Of a stretch of 64,000 bases of DNA, positions 1-14,719 are shown one piece after another. Positions within the stretch are counted from its first letter, which is position 1; each line of letters begins with the position of its first letter. The position numbers and the translations under genes are program-made. Source of the DNA: Eledone cirrhosa (taxonomy: Eukaryota). The stretch is taken from NCBI GenBank assembly GCA_964016885.1, contig OZ024742.1:190960001-191024000 (forward strand), read 5' to 3'. The notes beneath the pieces were generated by a model that had not been told where the DNA came from, made no database searches, and saw only the letters and a program-made list of their open reading frames with translations.

Positions 1-175
1 GTAGGTATGTATATTCCCTCTGATAGTTTGTAAAAATATTTACATAGATCTATATGATATACATACCAACACACACATATATATCCTAGAAACAATCGTA
101 AAATGATGAATTTTTAATGTAAGAAACTGCTTCTTTGTTTTTATTCATTATTTTTATTCATTATTTTTATTAATA
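1..175 (+). mobile_element. Partial copy (cut by window edge) of the HHR-bearing TA-flanked module at 50538-50727
   Basis: Near-identical to 50568-50727. Contains the HHR 3' half GAAAC-AATC-GTA-aaatgat at about 88-106. Confidence 0.75.
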
Positions 176-530
176 TATATATATATATGTATGTACGTAT
201 GTATATAAGTACATATGTATGTATGTGTGCACGTGTGTATATATGTGTGTATATATGTGTGTGTATATGCACGTATGTATATATGAAAGTATGTACGTAT
301 ATACGTATGTACTGATAGATGGATTCATGTATGTGTTCATCTTGCATAACTTAATGGCTAGCCGAAAGACAGATTAATGAAATAAGTAACAGAATTTAAA
401 AAAAAGAGATACTGGCGTCGGTATGGCCCGCTAAGTAAAAGCGGTGCACATGCATGTTTGCTATCTAATAACTGAAACCAGTAAAATAACAGAAGCCTAA
501 CAGAATACACACACACATACACACACACAC

Positions 531-641
<111 letters not shown>

Positions 642-1016
642 AATATAAATTAGCGAGAATCGTATTTCGGCTATTGGAAATTAGCGAAAAACAACTTCCG
701 AGATGTGTGGCAAGCGCTCAATAGATTCTAACGAATCAGAGCTACAACATACGTTAAAAGGTCAAACACACTGAGACGATGGTTAAACCATTATCCGCAC
801 AGCCATAGAAACGACCAAGTAATTCGGGTCAAACAAAATAAAAAAAATATGATTGAAAAATTTGATTGAAATATATATATATACGTACATACATATATAC
901 ATATATACATATATACACGTATACATGCATATATAGCATGTATACATAGTTAAAAACACACATATGCATATTTATATATAGATATATATATATGCGTGTG
1001 TGTATATATGTATATA

Positions 1017-1300
1017 GTGAAGGCATGTAGCCTAGTGGTAAGAGTGTTGGACTTACGAACATAATGTCGTGCGTTCGATTCCTGGGCTGCGTACTGTGTT
1101 TTTGAGCAAAACGCTTCATTTCACTTTGCTCCAGTATACTCAGCTGTAAATGAGTACCAGCAATAGCTGGCGGTTTAACCCTGCGATGGACTAGCGTCCT
1201 GTCCAGGGGGGAGCCTTGTACTCTTAGTCGCTTCACACCATGAAACCGGATAAGCACCGGCCAAATGAGCCTTCTGGCTTAAGACAGACTTTAGTCTTAG
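1017..1300 (+). mobile_element. tRNA-derived SINE with CORE-like and V-domain-like segments
   Basis: A box TAGCCTAGTGG and B box GTTCGATTCC. CORE-like ttgagcaaaacgcttcatttcac, then ccctgcgatggactagcgtcctgtccaggg. A second copy lies at 19192-19470. Confidence 0.8.
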
Positions 1301-1685
1301 ATATATGTATATATATATGTATCCATATGCGTACATACATATATACATACTTACATACATACATATGTATATTTATATATAGATATATATGAATATTAAT
1401 AGAAATAGAGAAACAGAGGGTGAGGAGTGGGAGCAGATGAATAAATGAGAGAGAGACAAGACAAAAATAGTTCGTGAGAAAATACAATGCAAGTATATGG
1501 TGAGTGGGAGGGAAAGAGACTTGAGGAAGATAAATGGATGTGGAAATGGTGTGTTTGTGTGATAGAGAGAGATCTGGAGATAAGGAGATTTGGAGTGGGG
1601 AGAGAATGAAGAAAGGGAGAGAGGGAGAGAGATAGAGAAATAAATATATATTTCTATATATGTATGAATGTATATATATATATAT

Positions 1686-2329
1686 TTCATAGGTTATAGA
1701 TTCCATACACTGGTGGTTTTTCCCTGTTTTATTGATAACGAACTATATATCTCTCTCTAGTGAGTTACCTTTTCAACATATTGTATTTTAAAGAGCTCAG
1801 GATTTCTTCTCCTTTGAGAACATTATTTACAGGGAATGGCGAGGGTCTATGGCTCCGCTAATTTATCGTGATATTTCGCTCCTTATAATAGTCTTTCCTA
1901 TCTCTCTGTTTAGTTGAGCACACTTCTCTGAGTGGTTTGGGGCTGCCCTTTCTAGCAGCTTGTCCCTTAGAGGCCACTGGTTCACTGCCCTTAAACACGC
2001 TGTGACTTCACTCTCCCACGTGTAGCTGGACAGTCACTTTTAAAATTCTCTTAGTGTTGTCTGAAATATATGGCCTTACACACGCTGAGGAACCGGGGTT
2101 ATTCCATTTCTGTCAACAACTTACTGGCGAAACAGATCTCTTTGGATTTGTACGTGTGTTATATAGTTATAGAGGTATTTATTTACGCTTTAATTTATAT
2201 TTTTAATTATCGTGTCTATAGTCTGCCTTTCATAGGTTATAGATTCCATATACTGGTGGTTTTTCCCTGTTTTATTGATAGCGGACTGTATATCTCTCTC
2301 TAGTGTGTTACCTTTTCAACATATTGTAT
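1686..2329 (+). mobile_element. Retrozyme-like non-coding module A: about 1.2 copies of a 543-nt monomer with one HHR
   Basis: 1686-1787 is repeated directly at 2229-2329. HHR at 2078-2159, TA-rich flanks, no credible ORF. Confidence 0.7.
2078..2159 (+). ncRNA. Type I hammerhead ribozyme with full helix III
   Basis: acacacg-CTGAGGA-helix II (ccgg/ctgg)-GAAA-cagatct-cttt-ggatttg-TA-cgtgtgt. 7-bp helix I and a GUA site. Confidence 0.8.
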
Positions 2330-2334
2330 ATATA

Positions 2335-2570
2335 AGTAAGTATGTTTTGTAACAGCGAGCAAGTTTGAAATTAGAAAATAGAAGCTTTCACCGTATTTTT
2401 TGACTAAAGAAATTTTAACCTGATAGTGGGGTTTAGAACAATCAGAAAAATGGAAAAAGATGAGTATTGACGTACATGGGAGTCGAACCCACATCTTTTT
2501 CCATTTCTCTGAGGGTTCTAAACCCCACTATCAGGCTAAAATTTCTGTAGTAAAAAATACGGTGAAAGCA
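2335..2570. repeat. Fold-back repeat of a dispersed family
   Basis: Inverted arms at about 2383-2462 and 2492-2569. 2335-2478 recurs reverse-complemented at 8892-9052. Confidence 0.75.
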
Positions 2571-2582
2571 TATATATATATG

Positions 2583-2640
<58 letters not shown>

Positions 2641-2649
<9 letters not shown>

Positions 2650-3500
2650 CGTAAAATAAGAAAATTATAGTAATTAACTTACTTACTTAAATTTCACTCC
2701 AACTAATTTCTGAAAGGGGATATACATAGTCTTCAAATGGAGACCATGGAGAATCCTTTCTTCATCAGGGAGATATTCTCGGCTAAGATTCCTGGCAATA
2801 CGCGGACACAGGGAACTAATACAAAAATAATTCAGTGGATGGAAAAAAGCAAGCGCGGACTAAATTCCAAGACATTGAAAATGTTCATGCCTTCTTGGTC
2901 AGTGGCAAATTCAAATGAATCAATCACGTGGCATCGAGGTTAATTAGTGAGGAGTGGGGTGTTAAAAAGAGAGTAGCCAAACTAATACTATGAACTATAG
3001 TAGTAATTCAGGCAAATTTTTGCTCAACAATATAATTTGGAGATAATTATAAGGAATTAATATATCTACCAACATATTTATACAGATGTATACTTACGCT
3101 AGCAAAGATATAAGTTTTGTTTTAGTAACTTTGTGGTTCAATACAAAAAGATGTAGAACAATTATATAAAAGACGTAAAATAAGAAAATTATAGTAATTA
3201 ACTTACATACTTAAATTTCACTCCAACTAATTAGTTTCTGAAAGGGGATATACATAGTCTCCAATGGAGACGATGGAGAATCCTTTCTTCATCAGGAAGA
3301 CATTCTCGGCTAAGATTCCTGGCAATACGCGAAATTTAAGTAAGTAAGTTAATTACTATAAATTTCTTATTTTATGTCTTTTATATAATTGTTCTACATC
3401 TTTTTGTATTGAACCACAAAGTTACTAAGACAAAACCCATATCTTTGCTAGCGTAAATATACATCTACATAAATATGTTGGTAGATATACTAATTCCTTA
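2641..3500 (-). mobile_element. Retrozyme-like module B: about 1.3 copies of a 524-nt monomer plus an inverted terminal piece
   Basis: 2641-2804 is repeated at 3165-3331, and 3332-3500 is an inverted copy of about 3048-3218. (TA)n on both sides. Same family as 27078-27594. Confidence 0.75.
3220..3299 (-). ncRNA. Type I hammerhead ribozyme (family B)
   Basis: Minus strand reads cttc-CTGATGA-agaaagg...cctttca-GAAAC-taatta-GTT-ggag. The sister motif at about 2696-2770 has a helix III deletion. Confidence 0.75.
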
Positions 3501-3659
3501 TATATATATATATATATATGTATATGCACATATATATAATTGAATATAAAAGAAAGATAAAGACAGATATATACAGTATATGTGTTCAAATCGACAAGAT
3601 TCGCTAAGGTGAAAAAAGTACTCACTATGGACAATAAGGTTTACCAGACTGAATTTAAG

Positions 3660-4194
<535 letters not shown>

Positions 4195-4385
4195 TATAGG
4201 ATTATCCAAGATGCAGTGATGGTTAATTACTACACTGGATATGGTTGACGTACGGTAAGAGGTTACTCTACGAGTAATGGAAGAATTGTTCAAGAAACTT
4301 AGTTCCTGATCCTTCAGTATTCCGGAGTGTATATAAAGAATGAATAATAACAGGTAGACATCATAAAAAGGTAGTTTATTCCGTG

Positions 4386-4497
4386 TGCTTACAAGTGTTT
4401 CCACGGTGGTACTGCAGCCTAGTTCCGCTACGTGCAAATTCACAAGTATTTGCAGAACTCGAATATCCAATGCTGTGACCACTGTTTCCTCAGAGCA
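4386..4497 (-). ncRNA. Type I hammerhead ribozyme (mirror copy)
   Basis: Reverse complement of 4795-4906. Confidence 0.7.
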
Positions 4498-4794
4498 GAA
4501 TGGTAAATATACAATGTAAAAACCCTTAAGTGGGGTTGTTGGCGAAGATAGAGTGGAACAGGAAGAGAAAAATAATTCCGACCTCAACTATCTACGCATC
4601 TCTCCAAAAGTAACTAATAAAACCCCTACCATAACATTTTGATTAAGATATCTACACGCCACTCTCTCCTACTTCTCCAACCCCTGCATATCTTTCCTTC
4701 TCTCTCCATCTTCCCTACTTTTCTCTCTTCCTGTTCCACTCTATCTTCCCCAACAACCCCACTTAAGGGTTTTTACATTGTATATTTACCATTC

Positions 4795-4906
4795 TGCTCT
4801 GAGGAAACAGTGGTCACAGCATTGGATATTCGAGTTCTGCAAATACTTGTGAATTTGCACGTAGCGGAACTAGGCTGCAGTACCACCGTGGAAACACTTG
4901 TAAGCA
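4795..4906 (+). ncRNA. Type I hammerhead ribozyme with long helix II region
   Basis: tgct-CTGAGGA-(85 nt, gtggt/accac)-GAAAC-actt-GTA-agca. Confidence 0.7.
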
Positions 4907-4956
4907 CACGGAATAAACTACCTTTTTATGATGTCTACCTGTTATTATTCATTCTT

Positions 4957-5009
<53 letters not shown>

Positions 5010-5301
5010 GTACAGAGAGAGAGAGAGAGAAGTATAGTGAAACAATGAGAGACATTTAGGGCAAGATTAAGAGAGTGAAAGGCAGATAGCTAATAAGTGT
5101 TAAAGAATGAAACAGACATATTGAGAGAGACAGAGCGAGATATAGTGAAATATTGAGAGAGTTAATGAATGAGCGATAAGTAACGAAAAAGAAATAGATA
5201 GTTAAAGAGTGAGAGTGAGATAGTTAACGAGATTAATGAAGAAAAGAAGGACGTGAGAGAGGTAGAGAGAAGGAGGGAGTGAGAGGGAGGGAGAACGAGG
5301 C

Positions 5302-5369
<68 letters not shown>

Positions 5370-6162
5370 TGAAATGATTGATAGAAGCAATGCGTGAAAA
5401 TGAAGTAGGATGAGAGGATAATTGGAAGCAGGAGACACAACCTCCTCCCCTAAAAAAAGAACGGGAGAGGGCACAGATAAGAGAAGCTAAGGAAGAATGT
5501 TTTGGAAGAGGAATGGTTTGTCATATTGTCAATAAATCTAAGGTGACGTTATTTCTAATCCACCATATTGTCTTTCGAAACGAACCTATTATTTATTTAT
5601 TTATGCGTTTTATTTGTTTGAACGGATGCTGTTGGGAAGTCTGGTTGAAATATGTCCTCATCACTTAAGAAAACTAACGTAAGTTTACATTCACCATATA
5701 TCCACATGCACACGCAATTACACAGACTCACACATGTATATATAATGATGTATTGCATCATAAATATATTATTTAACAAAGAGGAAGTGACACATGGAAA
5801 TAGAAATCACGTTCCATATGCAAATAAATACTTAATATATAATATATGTTCTCCAGACACGACGGTGTTTCTAGAAACCAGACATTCATATGGCGTGATA
5901 TTTGAACATACGATACCTTCATCGGTAGATCTGCAAAGGTAGCCATAATACAATGTTACTGTTTTTAGACACCTTGATATGGAAATTGGTGTTATACAGA
6001 AAGAATGGAGACACCAATGGAGATTTTACAAGAGTGCACAAATTATTGAAATGAACATGCTCAGTGAAAATTAAACTTAACTTAACTTAGAGAAATTAGC
6101 CTTTTTTAGGCATTAAAGAATAACAATAGATATATAAGAATAGATATGGCATAAATATTATT

Positions 6163-6350
6163 GGATTGGCAGTATCGGTAGAGGTCTGACGCCATGCTTT
6201 GCAGCATAGATTTACGTCCCTTTATGATCTGAGTTCAAATCCTGCCGAGACCAACTTTACCTTACATCTTTACGGGGTCGATAAAATAAATTACCAGTAA
6301 TGCACTGTGGTAATTGCTGGCCTTGTGCCAAACATAGAAACAATTATTAT
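6163..6350 (+). mobile_element. tRNA-derived SINE (approximately 190-bp family)
   Basis: TGGCAGTATCGG A box and GAGTTCAAATCC B box, central ttacggggtcgataaaataaa, tail gaaacaattattat. Many copies in the window. Confidence 0.85.
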
Positions 6351-6694
6351 AATGAAAAAATATTTTTTTCCGGTGCCTCTGTCACGTGTTGTCCATCTTC
6401 AGATGTATTTTACTCTATTTTCACAAATATCAATTATACTGAGAGACTATTTTCATGATAATTTATGTTGGGACGCATACATTACATATTTCCCATGTTC
6501 ACAATTCCTTAAGTCAACCGAATGATCTGGGTATTTGCTCCTAGAAACTACCCCCCCCCCCACCGGAATTACAAACGCGGGTAAGGTGTTTCTGGGCAAG
6601 ACCACCAGTCGCCCATACATACCAGTCTCCTTTCTCAATTCCGCCAATGTTGTTCAAGTGAAAGGCAAAAGCCGAAACAGTTTGCACTAGTGAT

Positions 6695-6830
6695 GTAGCA
6701 ACTCATTTTACAGCTGAGTAGACTGGAGCTACGTGAAATAAAGCTTCTTGATCAAGGATACAACGCATTGAACTCACAACTTCCTGATTGTGAATCCTAA
6801 TCTCTAAGCACCAAGCAAAGCGCACATTCA
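6695..6830 (-). mobile_element. Diverged CORE-type SINE fragment
   Basis: Reverse-complement similarity to 1017-1160 (actcatttacagctgagt..., cttgatcaaggatacaac). Confidence 0.6.
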
Positions 6831-6841
6831 CATACACACGT

Positions 6842-6904
<63 letters not shown>

Positions 6905-7221
6905 AAAAAGTATGACCCCGACGGCAGAGCTCAAGCCGTTTCGTCTACTACCCTAAGTATTGAGTACTCTGGTGCGTTATGGCCCATTTGGTTCCTTACC
7001 ACAATTCCTTCGTGATATATATATTGAGTACTCTCCATAATATTACATCGAGATTGACCATACGGAATGTCCAGTTCTATCCAGTGGTGAACCAACTAAC
7101 CTATATATACATATATATATATATTGCTCCCACATCATTTATTCTCATCTCGGGAACAATTTTGAATAGCGCCAGTTAGTAATTTGAATTCGGGAATTTT
7201 ATATTCTCCGAGTGAAAAGAT

Positions 7222-7308
7222 CCTTCTGACGAGAGTTTTTCTTTGCAATGGATTCCGGAAGGACTGTCCATTTATTTTTTTTGAAACTCGAAACCGATTC
7301 GGTAAAGG
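7222..7308 (+). ncRNA. Type I hammerhead ribozyme, intact core
   Basis: cctt-CTGACGA-gagtttt...gaaactc-GAAAC-cgattcg-GTA-aagg. Confidence 0.85.
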
Positions 7309-7377
7309 TAACCATGGTGAATAAAGTTAATTTTTTAAAATTTATTTTGAAACTTTTTCTTATTTGCTAAACCTTGA

Positions 7378-7622
<245 letters not shown>

Positions 7623-8835
7623 AAGAATCAAAGAACTGTTCAAAACATTATTGTGCTTACAGCTGTTTCCTCCAAACCGAGGTTTGGATTCTTCGGAGCA
7701 ATTTATTAATGCATGGACAGTTATATGACCTCCTTTTCAGCTGAGAGACATACAAATACATATTCAAACATTGATACATATTCAAACATTGTGGGTCAAC
7801 ATTCATTACAGAATTTAGAGTGGCAGTGCACACTTCGAGATTACATTTATATTAATAGGTACAATAAAAAATCAAAGATATAGGTTAAAATACAACATGA
7901 AGATAAGCGGTTATATAGTGCAAATGTTATATGTGTGGCACGCATGTGCGTCTTGTTTATATAGTGTGGCAGAGAGATATGTGTGGTAGAGGCACTTAGG
8001 TAGGTAAATAAGAGTGTTAGGTTGGTAAATCTGGTGGCAAATTCTTTATATGATTGATATAGTCTGTGTGTGGAGAAATATTATAAGCATTAAAGATAGT
8101 GCAAGCATTAAAAGTGTTATAAGTAATGGAGATGCACAGCGCAGGGATGTCAAGTATTTCATGTACTTCGGCATTTTCATGGTCAGGGGAGTATATTTTT
8201 CGATTATATGCCCTTCACATAATCCACGACAATCCAGTTAGAGATCGTAGTCTGGTGTTCTTTAGTTCGATACAGGAGGTTGTTACGTTTCTAGAAACGC
8301 CATTGAATACCGCCCGGAAGTGTGTGTGTGGCTAAGGGGAGTTAATGCATGCGGGGAGGTAACTCTGGGGTTTCTGTATCTAGCCATTAAAATGTGTCCC
8401 AATATAGACCCTAAATTCTATGGTGATGCGCATCTTCCAAGAGAGATATTTAAAGCATAAAGTGTATTAACTATAGAGTAGTTTAATTAAGTTATGCTGA
8501 AGGTGATCATATTATTATGGTGGATTAACCCATCTTAAGGTGCCACAAATGGAAATTATAGATGATGAGCGAGGATTCTAAATTAATGATCTCTGTGGTT
8601 GTAGTCTGCTCATATGACCAGGCGCGGTGATTGCAGGCTTGCTTCAGGACCCAATGATCTCTGGTAAGATCTGGGTCATCGCTTGCTACATTTGATGTCG
8701 AAAGATAATTATCCCCAGGCCGGCCAAAGGTCAATCCGCAGTCCTCGCGACCCCTCTCTGACCGTCAGAGTGTGTGTAAAATACTTACAACTGCTTAAGG
8801 TTTTGTATTTACATAACCATAAATAGTATAACTAA

Positions 8836-8893
<58 letters not shown>

Positions 8894-9061
8894 ATGTACG
8901 GCAACACTCATCTTTTTCCATTTCTCCGACGGTTATAAACCGCCCTATCAGGCTAGACATTTCTTTGGTCTAAATTACGGTGAAAGCTTATAATTTCTAA
9001 TTTCTAATTTTCAAACTCGCGCACCGTTTCAAAAACATACTTACATGTTTACATTTATATA

Positions 9062-9885
<824 letters not shown>

Positions 9886-9895
9886 GGTATATATA

Positions 9896-12030
9896 GCCCT
9901 TCTAAATCAGACATAGGAAAAATGACCAAACATATACTTGACAGAGTAATAACTCAATTGAAAAAGAAAATAGAAATTAAATTATGGGGCAACACAAGCG
10001 AAGCAATTCGCTGGTTTAATAACATTAAGAACAACAATAAATCTAAGTTTATGCAATTTGACATAGACGAATACTACTCTTCAATCTCACCCGGCACTTT
10101 ACGTAAGTCCCTATCGTTTGCCAAAGTCAATTCTGACCTAACGGATTACGAAATTAATATTATTCTAGAGGCTAGAAAATCTATTATCAAGTTTGATAAC
10201 TGCTACTGTGAACGTAAGGTCAGACCCACAAACTTCGACATTACCATGGGCTCCAACAACTCAGCGGAGGTCACCGATCTTGTGGGAATTTACATAGCCC
10301 ACATACTACATGGAAAATTTAGTAGTCTACAGGGGGGAATATATAGAGATGACGGGCTCTTATAACTTAAATAACCAAAATCTTGAAAGGCTACGGAAAA
10401 ACATTAGAAAATCTTTTAGTGAACTGGGTCTAAAAATAACGTACGAATACAATCTTAAAGTAGTAAATTTTCTACACGTAACTCTTAATTTAAATAAACC
10501 TTACCTATATCAATTTTAACTCAAATCACCCACTTTCCATGATCAAATCGGTTCCCCGTAGTATTTCTTTTAGAATCTCTCGCCTATCATCTGACTCTGA
10601 GATTTTCAGTGAACATGCTGAATACTATAATAATGCATTAAGGAATGCCGCCCATCGGGATAAAATAGAATACATTGATAACAATCTCCAAAACACACAT
10701 AGTTCTACACGAAATCAAAGAATACGTAACCGGGGTACAGAAATACAAGCGCACACACGTAGTACCACCAGACATACTAATAATAGAAAATCATCACCAA
10801 ATAAATCACGTTGTAGAAAGTATATCTGGTATAATCCCATTTTTAATGCTTCGATTAGTACAAAACTATTTCTTTCATTCTTTAAGTTAATCAATAAGCA
10901 TCTCCCTAGTTCCCATAAATACAGTAAAATTATGAACTCTAAGACTATTAAGCTATCATACTCCACTGCACCAAACCTTGAAGCATACATAAAAAAATTT
11001 AAAGCAATTAAACAACACTACAAAACAAAATATTTTAATAACAGATGAGCATAACGTAGTATCGGCCTCCCAACCACTAAATGGGACTTGGGTATTACAC
11101 AACCCACCTGTACTGCTATCCCAACCTATCCATGGTATACCCGCTACCCACAATAAAAGCTGTAACTGCCACCTACCTGAAAGATGCCCATTGAGGAATA
11201 AATGCCTAAAGTCCAACATTGTTTATCAATGCACTGTTGAATCGAACGACCAGAAATGGTATTACATCGGGTCTACCACTACCTCCTTTAAATCTCGCTG
11301 GTATCGTCATCGTTTCTCAATGAAACATCCTCATCACCGTTTTGTGACCACGCTCGCCAACAAGACCTGGCTACTCTGTGAACGCAACCAACAGTTCACC
11401 TTGAAATGGGATATACTTTCCAGCGCAAGTGCATATCGGAGTGGATTGAAGTACTGCAGGTTATGTAACCTTGAACTCTTTTACATATTAAAATCCAAAA
11501 ACAAACTACTTAACGATAGAATTGAACGATCATTATACTGCAACCACAAACTGAAAACTAAATTCTCTCACTATAAAATAACTTAACATTCGAACCCTTA
11601 ACTATAACATTGCTTTCTAGCTAACTACTTTCTCTCAATAACAACTTCTTAACTATATCCCCCACCCTGCTTATCACTATAAATGGATACTTAGTGCAAT
11701 TTGTAGCCTACAACTACGAAATCAATGTACACCCATCCCATATCTTTCGTCTGTCCGCTCACTATCTCTCCCTCTCTCTCCATTCACCTCTCTCTCTCCC
11801 TCGTCACCTCTCTCTCTCGCCCTCAGTCCACCTCCCTCCCTCTCCACATCTATGAACCTGCTCTCTGTGGCAATAAATAATTCCAACCTTAACTATCAAC
11901 GCATCGCTTAAGGTTGTCGCTTTAAGAGTAACCAGTATAATAAAACCCCTACCACAACATTTTGATTAAGATATCTGTATTCTACAAACCACTCTCTCCC
12001 ATTTCTCCAAGCCCTGCATATCTCTCTCTC

Positions 12031-12078
<48 letters not shown>

Positions 12079-12220
12079 TCCCCTTCTTTCTCTCTTCCTT
12101 TTCTACTCTATCTTCCCCAATAACCTCACTTAAGGGTATTTACATTTTACATTTTAACCATTCTGCTCTGATGATACAGTGGTTACAGCATTTGATAATT
12201 GAGTTTTCCAAATAGTTAAA
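9896..12220 (+). mobile_element. 5'-truncated Penelope-like retroelement (RT plus C-terminal GIY-YIG), frameshifted
   Basis: RT motifs FDIDEYYSSI, MGSNNSAEV and YRDDGL (9922-10365). CNC..CP linker. IVYQC...YYIGST...FKSRW..H and CRLC..E (11191-11586). The 3' UTR carries the start of an HHR (CTGATGA at 12168). Confidence 0.92.
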
Positions 12221-12231
12221 TATAACTATAA

Positions 12232-12878
12232 CCGTTGGCGGAGGCTGCTTTTAGTCTGGCCTATGTATTGTTCTCGACAACCTGAGGAAGTTAATATATA
12301 TATTAGATTTTCTGATGCGAATGTGAAATTGTGCTGTGTTAAAAAAGGATCATAGAATGAACCAAATCCTACGAACACACGATATCATAAAGAGCACAAG
12401 ACAATATAAGTCAATGAAAAACATCCTAACACATGCCAAAGTACTGCCAACCACAACAACGCAACTCACAGTAAAAAAATGCGATAGACCCAACTTTGGC
12501 ATATGCATCAAACTAATAGAGGGTTCGGAATTCTATTTCAAAGAAGGACAACGTTTTATAGTAAAACACAATTTCACATGCGGATCAGAAAATCTAATAT
12601 ATGTATTAACTTGCTCAGGTTGTCGAGAACATTACATAGGCCAGACCAAAAGCAGCCTCCGCCAACACATAACTGTCCATAGATCCCAAAGTAAAATACG
12701 GGAATACAGGAAAATACCACTGAGTGAACACATTGATACCTGTGCCGCCCAAAATCATCCCAACTTCAGAATATTTTCCCTCTACAAATTTAAAGATAAT
12801 GCCATCCACACCCAGTGCATCAGTAAGGAATCTCACTTTATTAACAAATACGGACCCCGTCTAAACACTTCTCCCTAA
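12232..12878 (+). mobile_element. PLE GIY-YIG endonuclease fragment (tentatively Neptune-like) with 5' inverted piece
   Basis: ORF 12336-12878 contains TCGSENLIYVLTCSGCREHYIGQT...H...E...LN. 12232-12334 is an inverted copy of about 12567-12666. Confidence 0.88.
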
Positions 12879-13628
12879 GACGAACCCACAACATACACAC
12901 GTCAACATACATACCTACATCAGCAAACATCCTACATACATCTCTATCCACATATAAACACAATGACATACGTAAACACACATGTTCTATGGTTCAACAC
13001 AAATATACACACATTTGCATACCTTTTGATGTCTATAGATATAAACGTGCCGACACACATAGATATACGCACACATGCATTGCACACTGATGGGCACATA
13101 CATATTTGTACACAAGTATTCCAATACGGCAAGGCCTAATGGATTCCCCTTGCAGTACGTACAATCTGGACACTCACACACACCTTGGTCTTATGCCAAT
13201 ACAATATATTATTTCACACCTTTTATTAAGGTTTTTGATGTTCTATTGAGAGAATCGTTTTTACTGAAAATATCGAATAATGTACACCATTTTTACCAGT
13301 ATGACAAAAATACTGGTCCACCCACACACATATATTTACACACACATACAGACGCGTACATTAACATACAAAGAGACATATACACACACACACACACACA
13401 CACACTTCTCCGTATAAGACAAGAGCTGAAAAATATCTTTTAACATGTTAAAATATCCCTCACACACGTACAGGCACATTCCTACTGACTGATCCCTCTA
13501 CCACGAATTACTCTGCTACACACACACACACACACACACACACTTGTCTTAATAGGCATTTGAACTGTCAACAGGCTGCGGTTCGCACACACATCCCTGC
13601 TGACCATTATCACAACAACGAACCTCTT

Positions 13629-13679
<51 letters not shown>

Positions 13680-13884
13680 ACACACACACACACACACACA
13701 TATTTGTCTTAAAAGACTTATCTTTCAGTGACTTCTCAATCAGCCGAGACAAACCTACATTTGGCGCAAAATCCATTTTTAACATTCACATGACGTCTAC
13801 CGACCAATCAAAATTGTTTTGACCACAAGTATGTTTTCATACATCTGGAGCCACTTTTTTTTACATAAAACAGGTAGAATTTCC

Positions 13885-14080
13885 AAAACTAATCAGATTA
13901 GAGCAAACATCACGGGCGCTCTATCTCAAAATTATTTTTGAAAAGCATTAGAAATGCGCAACCGGTTAAACTTAAAACCAAAACTGAATACTAACCAATA
14001 CTATTACTAATTTTTACTTATTCCTAATTAAACTATTTTTCACTGGGAACAATATTATCAGCATTTTCTTTTACCAATAT
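13885..14080. repeat. Dispersed repeat family ending at TA runs
   Basis: Reverse-complement copies at about 51898-52100 and 63905-64000. Confidence 0.7.
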
Positions 14081-14088
14081 ATATATAT

Positions 14089-14268
14089 GTTTCTACTTTA
14101 GGCACAAGGCCAGCAATAACCCAGTTCATTACTGGTACTTTATTTTATCGACCCCGTAAGGATGAGAGGCAAAGTCAACCTCGGCGGGATTTGAACTCAG
14201 ATCGTAAAGGGACGTAACTATGCTGGAAAGCATGGCGTCCGAGCGTCCGACCCTCTACCGATACTGCC

Positions 14269-14273
<5 letters not shown>
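14089..14273 (-). mobile_element. tRNA-derived SINE (190-bp family)
   Basis: Full reverse-complement copy. A 3'-half plus-strand copy follows at 14495-14592. Confidence 0.85.
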
Positions 14274-14306
<33 letters not shown>

Positions 14307-14331
14307 TTATATATATATATGTATATATATG

Positions 14332-14377
<46 letters not shown>

Positions 14378-14381
14378 TAGC

Positions 14382-14481
<100 letters not shown>

Positions 14482-14719
14482 CTATATATATAAAGGCTAA
14501 CTTTGCCTTTCATCCTTACGGGTTCGATAAAATAAGGTACCAGTAATACACTGGTATAATTGTTGGCCTTGTGTCAAAAGTAGAAACAATATATTACAGG
14601 TAATCATTTTTTGAGCCTGGAAGGGTGTCTGGCATAGGGGAATTCAGCGGGATATGAAATGAAAGTAAAAATAAACAAATCACAATTCTGCCAAACGGCT
14701 GCCCTCATAATTCTGATAG

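Larger units (their letters stand above)
4331..4961. mobile_element. Fold-back of a PLE 3' UTR/pseudo-LTR
   Basis: Near-identical inverted arms at 4331-4568 and 4724-4961. 4615-4840 is homologous to 11938-12210 downstream of the PLE ORF. Confidence 0.85.

Noticed and set aside
732-826. cgaat...GAAAC-gaccaa-GTA-attcg
   Set aside because: Helix I pairs but the CTGANGA core is missing. At best a remnant.
12282-12290. CTGAGGA here and similar 7-mers inside LINE coding regions (32751, 60485)
   Set aside because: Chance matches in coding-derived sequence with no matching GAAA/UH fold.
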